A program made the position numbers and the translations under genes. This document shows, one piece after another, positions 49,613 through 64,000 of a stretch of DNA of 64,000 nucleotides. Numbering within the stretch: position 1 is the first letter of the stretch; each line of letters opens with the position of its first letter. The notes below the pieces were generated by a model. The model worked only from the letters and a program-made list of their open reading frames with translations, was not told the DNA's origin and ran no database searches. The stretch lies in the NCBI RefSeq assembly GCF_009914755.1, contig NC_060934.1. One strand, written 5' to 3'. The stretch is from the human T2T-CHM13v2.0 reference genome, Homo sapiens.

Positions 49613-50499
49613 GACCAATATAACATACATAGCTGGCATGTGTATGCTATTTCGTATAAGAATTCCACTGCTATGACAAACATCCCCATTTTAGAGTCTG
49701 AACTTGCAGGAAACTTGGAAAGATCTTTTCCTAATTAAATTTGACAACAGTTGGAAAATGCAATGGACAATTGGACAATCAGTGGAGCTTTGAGAAAATT
49801 GGCTGACACGTGTGGATGTAAACATGGAATGTCATGGCTGCATGACTGCTAGATGTTGGGAAGCTGCTTTTTTTTTTCTCTAACAATGGTATTTATGTTA
49901 AAATTGAGAAAAAAATATTTAAGATTTTTCAACTTTTGGTTTGTTGCCCAAAGATCGTTTTTTACCGTTTGAAAGTTGCTCATTTATTCAAAGCTTTATA
50001 CCATTAGTAGGTAATAGTATAAACAAATAGGTGAAATCTTCATGAGAAAAGCTTGGTTAAAAATACTTCCAGCAGTGCAAGGTATTTGGACATGGGTGGG
50101 GTTAGATGGCCAAACCATTCTCTCCTCCAAAACAGCCCACATGCCTGGATGTGCTTAGGAGAGGGGAAGCCAGGCCAAAATGCATTTCATAGGCCCAGGC
50201 ATGGCACAGTCAGCTTCAGACTCATTATCCCAAAGAAACATTTTCCCATAGCAAAGAAACTGTTGAAATCAAAACAAAAAAATGCAGCTTGAGGTCACTT
50301 TATGGTTAAATACTTTCTTCTGGCCAGGGCTTGGTGAACTTGACCACAGTCCCTAGAGCTCACTGAATGCAGGCAGCAGAAGGACGTGGTCCTGTTGGTC
50401 AGGCCAGGGCATTGCTGCCAGGTGGCTAGGAGGGTGCTCTAACCCCGGGGTTCTGAGCCCACTGTGGCACTCAGATCCCATCTGCTCCCCTGCCCTGTC

Positions 50500-50500
<1 letters not shown>

Positions 50501-50539
<39 letters not shown>
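50501..50539. repeat. (TG)~19 microsatellite
   Basis: Directly visible. Confidence 0.95.
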
Positions 50540-50542
<3 letters not shown>

Positions 50543-51189
50543 AAATCGTGAATCCTGCAGACAATTCCAAAAGTAACTGTGAAACTTCAATGAAAGGAAA
50601 ACCTCTGCATCGTGGCATAGGCACGTGGCAGTGTGCCATAGGAATATCCAATTCTTAGTCTGAATAAACAACTTGGTGGCACTGAATAGTTTCAAATATA
50701 GAAGCAAGCTTCAAAATTCAGAGGTGAAAGACAATTAAAACATGCCAAAATATTGGGTGATTGGGAATTCTTTGCATTGCCAAGCAGCAGTGGTAATTTC
50801 CTAGTGACTGAAAATGAAAGAGAATAATAATACAGGAAACTGTAATCTGTCCTAGAAACCTTTGGTCACTGGGTCAATTATCCCCATACAAAGAAGAACC
50901 ATTCATGAAGAAGACTCAACATTTGTTAGAAATGTTTTGTAAAGTGCCATATATAGTGTTTTAAAAAGTGAACATTGGATTTCAAGATATTTCACATATT
51001 GATTAAACATTGAGTATGTTTTTTTCTGATGAAAAAGTTTTGCATTTTAGCAATGCTGCCTTGGGATATTAATCCACCTTCAATCTTTAGTCTTCTAAAA
51101 TGTATCTGCTGGTCAAGTGACATTTTTCATTCAAAGAAATACCATTATAGTAATTATTAGAACTCTCTCTTCAGTGAAACAGAACACTG

Positions 51190-51300
51190 AAGTTCATCCC
51201 CATTTTGCAGATAGAAAAGCTGAGTCAAGGGGCTAAATGATCTCCAGAAGCTAAACTGATGAGAGCTAAAAGGGACTTCAGATGCACCTGCAACTTTTAC
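51190..51300 (-). mobile_element. MIR
   Basis: CATCCCCATTTTGCAGATAGAAAAGCTGAGTCAAGGGGCTAAATGATCT. Confidence 0.65.
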
Positions 51301-52419
51301 GTGGCTCATATTCACAAATGCACCTATTGATGGACATGCGCACACGCACACACGCACACACACACACACCCCACACACACCACCAAACCCCATCTTGGGT
51401 AGGATCTTCAAGGGAAAAGCCACAGATTACACCCCCTACCCTCCATACCTAAAGGCATAGTATTTTCAAATAACCCTTTGAGTTCAGGATTTGACTCCAG
51501 GTAGGAGAGAAACATGTGGAACCGCCACAGAATGCAATAGAGGTTGAGTCACTTGTATCCTAATAAAATGTGACTTGTTCAATCTATCTCTTTTGAGTGT
51601 TAACTATGTGGTATTAAGTCATGCAGTGAATAAGCTGAGCCTGTTGCTACCCTCACAGAGCCTCCTTCCAGTGGTCGGAACAAAGATGAGTGAGCAATTA
51701 CAGGCTGGACGTGGCTTTTTGGCTCTATAAGGATTACTTATAGATGATCAAGTCATCAACCATCTCACTTGTTAACACAAGTAACATATTGTGTCTTATA
51801 TACAGACCCCAGTGTGTTCCACACCCTGCTAACTCAGGAAGTGTTTGATTTCTCAGTTTCATAACTTCTTTGTGATTTTAGGCAGGGAGTTAAGCACTGC
51901 CCCGGGCTGGTGTAGGTCCCATCTGCTCACTTTTCCACAGTGTCATTTAGGAAACTTAAAACCTGTCCTCATATTAGAAGATCTGTCATTTGGCAGTGAC
52001 AGGGGAGACAATTAATGTGACCAGAGTTGGCCCTTCCCCAGGGCTTCTGAGTGTGCAGTCCATCTATAGGTTAAAGTTTTTAGAGCTCTTTTCTTTTAAT
52101 CTAATTTAAATTTGCGGATCAACGTTATTCAGGGCTAACCCCTGGGTACCTGCAATAAACTACTTTCTTTGGTCAGATTTCATCAGTGGCTGAACACAAA
52201 GAATTAAAAATATCTTTAGTTTCACCCATTTCATGGAGGGCAATAAATAGTATATTGAATTGGACCTTCACCAAGAAAAGAAAGAAAGAAAAGAAAATTG
52301 GAGTTGCGTCCCTGCTGTAATCTAGAGCAAATTAAACTTACAAGTCATTGAGTCTTTCTCTACCCCTAAGAGTCACCCATTCATCCATCAGACAGATTGA
52401 AGGTCAAGGAAAGCGTCAG

Positions 52420-52565
52420 GGACTCTGTTAGATGCTTCCTGTGCGTTTCTCATTAAGCCTTCACAGCAACCCAGTGATGCCCCTATTATCATCCCCATTT
52501 TACTTATGGGGAAACTGAGGCTCAGACAAGTTAACTGACTTGTTTCTCAGAGGCCACAGATAATA
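52420..52565 (-). mobile_element. MIR
   Basis: TATTATCATCCCCATTTTACTTATGGGGAAACTGAGGCTCAGACAAGTTAACTGACTTG. Confidence 0.8.
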
Positions 52566-52639
52566 CTGAGCTACGTCAGTAGCAGCCTTCCTACTCTCTG
52601 TTCCTGACTTTTCTGCTTCCCCCTTCATCCCTCAGGTCC

Positions 52640-52910
52640 TAGAGAGACCTCACTTTTCCAGACTCCTTCTGACAATCCAGGTCCAAGTTAAGTGCCCTTT
52701 GGTGTGTTCTTGGGGCCTTGGATGTATTGCATCACACCCACAGAAGACCAAGTTCCTTCCTGCCTCTTCTCCTATGGTTTATGTGGGAAGGGACCAGCTT
52801 GCTTTCTTCCAGAGTAACATCCCTAGAGCCAGGAAGACTGTGGACAGGTGGTAGCAGTTGAACGATGGACTGACTGACTGAATGACTGAATGAGTACATG
52901 TGTGAGTGAA
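52640..52910 (+). mobile_element. L2 3' fragment
   Basis: Ends in GACTGACTGAATGACTGAATGAG, an L2-type tail. Confidence 0.55.
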
Positions 52911-55027
52911 TACAGTTACACCCTCAGCTTTTCATAAACCCTTCTACCCACCACCCAGCCCCCAGACTCCTATGATGGGTGTGATTCTTCCTTACCCAGG
53001 GCCAGGCCTACTGCTGGACCCTGTAGGTACAACACTGAGTGGGCCAAGCCCAGAAGGCCATTGCTGTTGAATACCCATGCTGGAGGGCTGTGTGCCATGC
53101 TGGGGGAATTTGTAGTGGGCGCAGAGCTGGGGGATAGGAATATTCAGAGATAGTGTTGACAGTGAGGCCAGTAGGGTTTGGTTAGTCCATATAAGTTTCA
53201 CTTTGAACATGAAAGAAATCGTGATCATGTAAATTATGTCCTTGAGAATCTAGGCTGACACCCCCGCTTTCAAGTGTTGATCAGTGGTCAGACATGTATA
53301 TTTTTATCTGAGGGATGATTTGTTATTTGCCAATGATGTCCAAGCATTTTCCAGATCACCCTTCCCCTTTCCTGCTGCACTCCCTGGATCTAAACCTCCT
53401 CATCCAGAACAGGGCTTAGCTCCCAAGGAGGCAGGAAGAATTTGAGGTCAGGAATGGAGTCAGGCTAGTGTGCTCCTTTCACAGGGCCAGGGCGCAATCA
53501 GACTGAAAGATGAGAGAGGCATTGAAGATGCTTGTGAGGGATCATTTTTACTGCCTTCTAGAGGTGTTGAGGAGTCGCCTGTCCCCAGGCCCCTAATCCG
53601 GTCTGGCAATCCATCACCTGCACGGAGGCCCCCAGACCTGCATGCACGGGTGGTTCCGATCTGCCTAAGGCACTCGTTCCCTTCGACACCTGAACCAAAC
53701 AACTCCACCCGCTTTGACTGAACCTCCCTTTGCTGGGCTGAGACCACTTTACTGTGAGAAGCCTAAGGGCAGGTCAGGTTATGGGAAAAGATGGACTTCT
53801 GGAGTGAGTAGAATTAATACTTTAATGGAAGGTTTCTGTTTCAGCATTCTTGAAAAGTGTGGAGCTTAATTCTCTATGTTCTTTTTGTAATCCTGAATGG
53901 TATAGGACTGCCTCCTTGCTCTGTTTATATTGACTACTTTGATTTAAAAATTTTTTTTTTCCTTTTGCTAAAAAGAATACACTACGTTGTATATTTCAAT
54001 TGGAGGAAATTAAAGACAGTTTGGTTTACTGTTTAAATAATGCAACATCTAAGAAAGGAATTGCAAGGGGAGGAAGAGGGAAAACTTAAATAATCATTTG
54101 CTATGCAGTTCTTAAGAGATACTTTGCTCGTAGTCTTTTTCTTTCTGTCATTCACTGTTGCTTTAATTTCTCTACAATGCCCTAGTTAATATACATAGTA
54201 TGCGAAAGAAAATTTGAGACATAAAAATTTAAGAATCCATAACAATAATACTCTTTTATCGGCAAGTTTATTTTTGTTATCATTGGTGAGAATATTTTCT
54301 TCATTTTCAGGTTTAGAATGTGTAAGGCTGTTAGTACGCATAACCATATCTCCGCATTCACTGCAGGAACAAAATTAAAATGAGATTTATAACAGGAAAA
54401 AGCCATACATTTTCAAGTAACTGGTAAGATGGATGCTCGCACATTCTGACCTGGCAGGAGGGACCCACTCTCGAGCTCAGATTTCACACAGGCTCATTCA
54501 TACAGCACATCAAAGCTCCCTTGATGGCCTAATGGGGTGCCCACAGTAAAACAGACTTTCAGCACAGCTGAGTGTAGAATGATGAGTCTTTGCTGAGATG
54601 TCCAGTTTACCATCCACCAGAGCAGTCTTTCACGAAACCAGACGTGGTGTTGTGGCCTTTGAGAAATGGAGATGTTCCATTTAGAGGTGATGTGTTGCTT
54701 GCTTTATAAATGTTCTTGCACAACAGACTGAGTGAAATCTCCAAGACAGAGCAAAAGTTTAGAGCTGGATTGTTGTATTGAGGAATGCAGACACCTACAA
54801 CTGCAACTAATGTTTCTAAGATACAGCACACTGGCTTGAGTAAAGTTAGGGTGATGAGGACATTTCAGTGAGTGCCTAATAAGAACAGAGATTTATAGAT
54901 ATGATTTCTAATAAAAACTCATAGTCATTGTAAGTATTACTAGCTTAGCTTTACAAATGAATAAAAAACTATGACTCAGAATGGTAAGGTGAATTGCCCA
55001 AAGGGGAGGGATTGGGGAGGACCAACA

Positions 55028-57642
<2,615 letters not shown>

Positions 57643-58116
57643 TGGGGAGGACCAACATTTAACATTTAAAGCCAGACTTGTCTGACCCCAAAGTTCATGT
57701 TTTCCCCACCGCTGTCTGCATGGCCTTTCTATGTAATAAATGGAGATGACTGAGAAATGCTGTGTTCCTTGTCCTAAAGCTCTGATCTGGAGACCTTAGT
57801 CTGTTGTGTCCTCTTATGAAAGATCAAATACAGGATAGAAACATGATTAACTTTGGATTTACTATAAACAAGTATAATTTAGTTTTAAAAATAGAAATAT
57901 GACTTTGTTCTTTATTATAAAAATAGTACACATGATTTTAAAAATTAAGAGAGACTACTAAAGGAATACAATCTATAGCTTCCAAGCAGGAGAGATGGAA
58001 CAAAATTTGCAGCAGGAAATTCTAAATTATTTATGATATCTGGCCCACCACCTATTTTCGTATGGCCTATGAGCTAAGAGTGGTTATTACATTTCTTAAT
58101 GGTTGAAAAACCTCCA

Positions 58117-58517
<401 letters not shown>

Positions 58518-59163
58518 TTAAAATCCCAGTGCCCATAAATATAGTTTTGCTGGAACATGGCAATCCCATTCATTTATAGGCAATCCATGGTGGCTTTAGT
58601 GCTACATGCACAGAATTGGGCAGCCCCATCAGGAGACTCGTGGTTTTCTCCTGGCCATACGCTGAAAGTTTTGAATGGAAACCATACTGGACAGGTCACC
58701 AAAAGTCATGGCCTGTCAACACATGTGACTCTTGAGACGCTACGCTATAGCATATGACATGTAGCATATAGCTATATATGATATAGCCGTGGCTATAGCC
58801 TATGGCATATAGCACAGCATGTCAACAGCCACATGTGTTGACAGGCCATGACTTTTCTTTTACTGGTGCCTACCCATCATATCAAAACAAGAAAAAAGAA
58901 AAAAGTGGACTTCACATGTTGCAATTTTAAGGCAAGGTAGAGTATGGATTATTTTGTTACTGAGTCAGCTGGCTAAGCTAAGCCTTGTGTATCTTAGGCA
59001 ATGATGTCATGCTGCAGCTCCAAGAACCCACTATCTGCCAGCATGGCCAGACTAGGCACCCTTCACAACACTGCTTCTCATGGAAGCTATGGTGAGGGAA
59101 ACAAGGACATTAGAACAGGCTCTCCCTTACCACAGCAAAATTTCTTTACAGAGTTAAGAAAAT

Positions 59164-59329
59164 GGACTGGGTGCAGTAGCTCACACCTGTAATCCCAGCA
59201 CTTTGGGAGGCCAAAGCAGACAGATGGCCTGAGTCCAGGAGTTTGAGACCAGCCAGGGCAATATGGCAAAAACATCTCTAAAAAAAAAAAAAAGAAAGAA
59301 AAGTAAAAGAAAGAAAGAAAATGAAAAAA
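59164..59329 (+). mobile_element. Alu left monomer (FLAM/AluJ-like)
   Basis: Single arm plus A-rich tail. Confidence 0.85.
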
Positions 59330-60405
59330 GGCTATGGCCACAGTAAGTTTCCAAGTGTCTCCTTTGTTGGCCAAGCAGGGAATACATTTACCCATGAGAA
59401 GTTAATTAAGTCATGTTTGATTGCAGCAGTTGAAGAAATGTGCCCAGAAGTGGTCCAGGAAAAATAAACTTGTTTAGAAGTATTAGCTTTTGTCCTCAAC
59501 TTTGTTCTATTATAATTATATTTTACCATTTGAACACCATCAATACAAATTTTGTGGAAACTTGTTTTCTCTGTTGTTGTATAAGTATCACAGTGCATCT
59601 TTGCCTCTGCCCCTTGGTACACAAAGCCCAAAATGTTTGCCATCTGCCCTTTATAGAAAATAACTGCTTACTCCTGACCTATCAGATAAGAGAAAAGGAC
59701 ATTGGGAAAAAATATTTAATAGCAAACAAAGTAAGATGATAGCAGTAAGTCCAAACATGTAATTAATCATAACAAATATAAATTGTTGAACTCTTCTAAT
59801 AAAGACAGAGGATTGGATATGTATTTTTTAATCTAGCTATACATTGCTGACAAGAAATAGATGTAGAATAAGACCTCAAAAAAAATTGAAAGCAAAGAAA
59901 TAGAAGAAGACATAGCAGGCACATTCTAACCAAAACAAAGCTATAGTGATGTTAATTTTTAAAAATATAATTTAAGTCAAAAATGCTAATATGGATAATG
60001 AAGAAACCAACATAATAATAAAAATAATTGACCATAAGGAAGATATGGGAATATTGCAAACAACAAGGAATAAAGAAAAACTGACAGAAACAGATCCATT
60101 GAAGAAATCCACAGAATAGTCAGCTTGAACTCACGTTCACCTAGTAGATCAAGCAGACAAAAAAATGAAAGATTAGTAAGGTTATAGATTTGAACACCAA
60201 AATTACCAAACGTGATATCATAGCTACAGAGGCATGTACCAAATATGATAATAACATACAGTCTTTACAAGTAAAATATAGTGGTTTATTTTATAGGTTA
60301 ACCACAGTCTAGGTCCCAAGTGGAAATCTCAATAATGATTTAAAAAAAAACCTTTTATCATATAGATAATGTTCTCTGATCACAATGCAATTAAATTAGA
60401 AATCA

Positions 60406-60823
<418 letters not shown>

Positions 60824-60993
60824 CTTCTTGTGAGATGATTGATAGAAGTATATATTTAGCATTATGTTTAATGAGTTATTTAGAGAAAAGAATATCAAAA
60901 TAATTCAGTTACATTTTAAATAAAAGAAAAATTATTTCAAAAAACAATAGTGGAGATCACAACAGTAAGAATAAACTAATAAAATAGAAAACA

Positions 60994-61398
<405 letters not shown>

Positions 61399-61439
61399 TC
61401 AGAAAGATGGAGAGGAAAGAAGGAAACAAATGAACACTC

Positions 61440-62330
61440 TTGGAAAGATGAGTCCCTCCCACCATTCTGTCCCTGAGAGGCTGGTTGTCCTCAGAAGCCC
61501 AGTGCCATACATTTTCTCTGCTTGCTCCACATCTGTCTCCAAGGGTCACACTGGTGTCTACTACTGCTTCAGCTCATCTCCTGTTTCTTCATCCTTTCCA
61601 TCGCTCCTAAACATCACACATGGATATCCAACTGTCTAGTGGACATCTCCGCATGGACGTCCTCCTAGAACCTCCACCTCACCATATCTGAAGCAGAACT
61701 CATCATCTCAGAGGCAAGAGTTTCAATACAAAGGTGGGAACCAGATAGTTTTAAGGGACTAGGAGGTGAGGCAGTGGGGTGGGGTCTGAGGATGTGGACA
61801 AGTATTTTAAGTGCTGATCCCAAAGAAGATGGAGGAAAACGAGTTCAAAGTTGGTTTGAATTTTGCTTGGTGTGTAGAGTGAGCAAGTTTAAATTTAGAG
61901 GATAAAGGACCAACGGAAAGGAAAAGTAAAAAATAGAGACAAGACGGGGAATCCTAGATAGAGAAAGACCTGGGAGAGCAGGAGGCAGCTTAGAACCCAG
62001 GGAAGGGGCTGAGCTGGAAGAGGAGAAGGCCACCTCCTCCTTTTTCACTGGAGGGAAGGGGCTAGAAGGATGCAGTCACCACCTCCAGCAATGGTGGAGG
62101 AGCTCCCATCTGAGGCTCTGCCTTTCTCTGAGAAGCATAAGGTGAAGTTACTTGTTGAGAGGTATTAGGTTGGCATAAAAGTAATTGCAGGTAATAGAAG
62201 TTAAGTATGAGAGGGAGTGAAGGAAGGATTTAGAAGGGACGGCATAGAGGAATATAGCGGTGAATGATAAAAGGAGGTGACTAAATAGCCCTAAAAGTTC
62301 TGGGGACTATCACCAAGGGTCCAGGCAAGG
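61440..62330. mobile_element. L2 fragments (sense ~61440-61710, antisense ~61710-62330)
   Basis: ATATCCAACTGTCTAGTGGACATCTCC...CATATCTGAAGCAGAACTCATCATC, then purine-rich antisense L2-like sequence. Confidence 0.55.
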
Positions 62331-62971
62331 GCAAGAATAGGTCCCTTATTTGGGTCTAAATCCTAGTGTCAAGCAGAGAGGGGCAGAATTATCAAGGCTC
62401 TATCTAAAAATTAAAAGCTATGTTATCTTCAAACGATTATTTCCAATTACAAACTATGAAGTTGTATTGGTTTAAAGTGATCTTAAAATTCAAGCATTTT
62501 AGAGCAAGAAGGACCCTTTGACACCATTATTCCAGAAATGGCAAATCCGTTGCAGGCGTTTCTCCCAGAGAAGACATCAGTAATCTGTCACTGGATGGTT
62601 ACCTGCCCTGTCTTCAGAGCCTTTCTCATCATTGCTTTTCAGGAAGTCATTGCCTGTCCATCAGAGTTCATATGTGTAATTAAACCTGTTTCCAGCCATG
62701 ATAATATAAATGAAAACTGAAAGAGGTCAAGTAATTTGTTCAAAGTAGGACTACTGCTTAGTGGCTCAGCCATACAAAGACTCTAGGTCTCTCCATTCAG
62801 TCTGCCATCTGTCATTCTGATGTGCTGTGGAAAAGGTGGCAGACATCTCTGTATTTCAGCAATAACTGTATAATAGACCCAAATCTCCTTGAATATCCTG
62901 GTTCCAGCATTTTGTGCAAATTGGACAGACATCTTTGAAAAAGTCAAAGAAGCATTAAGAAAACCTCCAAA

Positions 62972-63274
<303 letters not shown>

Positions 63275-63529
63275 AAGAAAACTTCCAAAACAGAAGTGCT
63301 GTTGGCCCAGTCAGGCTTGGTTTTAAATGGCCACCCAGGCATACCCTTTGTGTTGGAAATTTCAGTTGCTGCTTCATATGAGTGTCTCTGAAAGTTCTCT
63401 CCTAAGTGCAATTCCCAAGAGCTGATATTTACATGTCACAAATGAGCAACACTCTACTTTGAATACTTTAAATTTATTATATAAATTTATATCATCCTAC
63501 CAATAATCTTATAAAGAGATATATTATTT

Positions 63530-63710
63530 AATTATCTCATAATAACATATCCAAGTAGATATTATTTATTGAAAAGATAAGGAAACTGAGGCACAAGGGG
63601 CTTGTCAAGGGACTTGCAGAGAGGTCACACAGCTGGAAGGTGACAGAACCAGAATTCAAGTTCAGGCCACCTGATTCAGAGCTGGACCCTGAATAATCCT
63701 TAACACATCC
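63530..63710 (-). mobile_element. MIR
   Basis: AGATAAGGAAACTGAGGCAC...GACTTGC...GGTCACACAGCTGG...AGAATTCAAG. Confidence 0.8.
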
Positions 63711-64000
63711 TCTCAGCAGAGTTCATAAGCCATGACCAATAACATATTTCAGCAAGTATCTTCTGTTTTAAAGGTCATCCTGGGTAGCTTAAAATTTTTT
63801 CTTTACCTTAAAGAAAGAAACTATCAAATACAGGATTAGAAGCTACTGATGTTCCTTCCTTTTTAAAAAAAAGACAAATTTCAAAACAGTGAGTCTGTAA
63901 GCATTTTAGTCACCCTGGCCTTCAAGAACCATGTATTTTTTAATATGCTTGGTAGGAGCTACACACTTTGTAACAAATAGTTCCCTCAAAAATCTCTGAG

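Overview
Primate (almost certainly human) genomic DNA. The one recognisable protein-coding gene is the two-exon forkhead transcription factor FOXI2 (+ strand, CDS 45704-46214 + 46950-47395, 318 aa), in a CpG island, with a long 3' UTR carrying a ~470-bp CACACC/CACACT repeat. Most of the rest is interspersed repeats: ~17 Alus, two L1PA5-like elements in inverted orientation either side of FOXI2 (each with a short 3' transduction and apparently shared non-consensus bases), a full-length old L1MA with TSDs, a full-length Tigger1, a Cheshire/MER58 hAT element with an internal hairpin, MER20, LTRs, L2 and MIR. The most interesting unexplained structure is a 7-exon minus-strand gene model at ~5.1-10.3 kb (TATA box, canonical splice sites, phase-consistent exons, AATAAA). 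It encodes a ~164-codon frame broken by four stops, so it is a candidate unitary pseudogene or lncRNA. Also notable are an apparent ancestral ATG-to-GTG change 16 codons upstream of the FOXI2 start and an almost fully open, in-frame FOXI2 intron. Repeat subfamily names and consensus comparisons are from memory and need RepeatMasker/Dfam confirmation; boundaries of old repeats are approximate.
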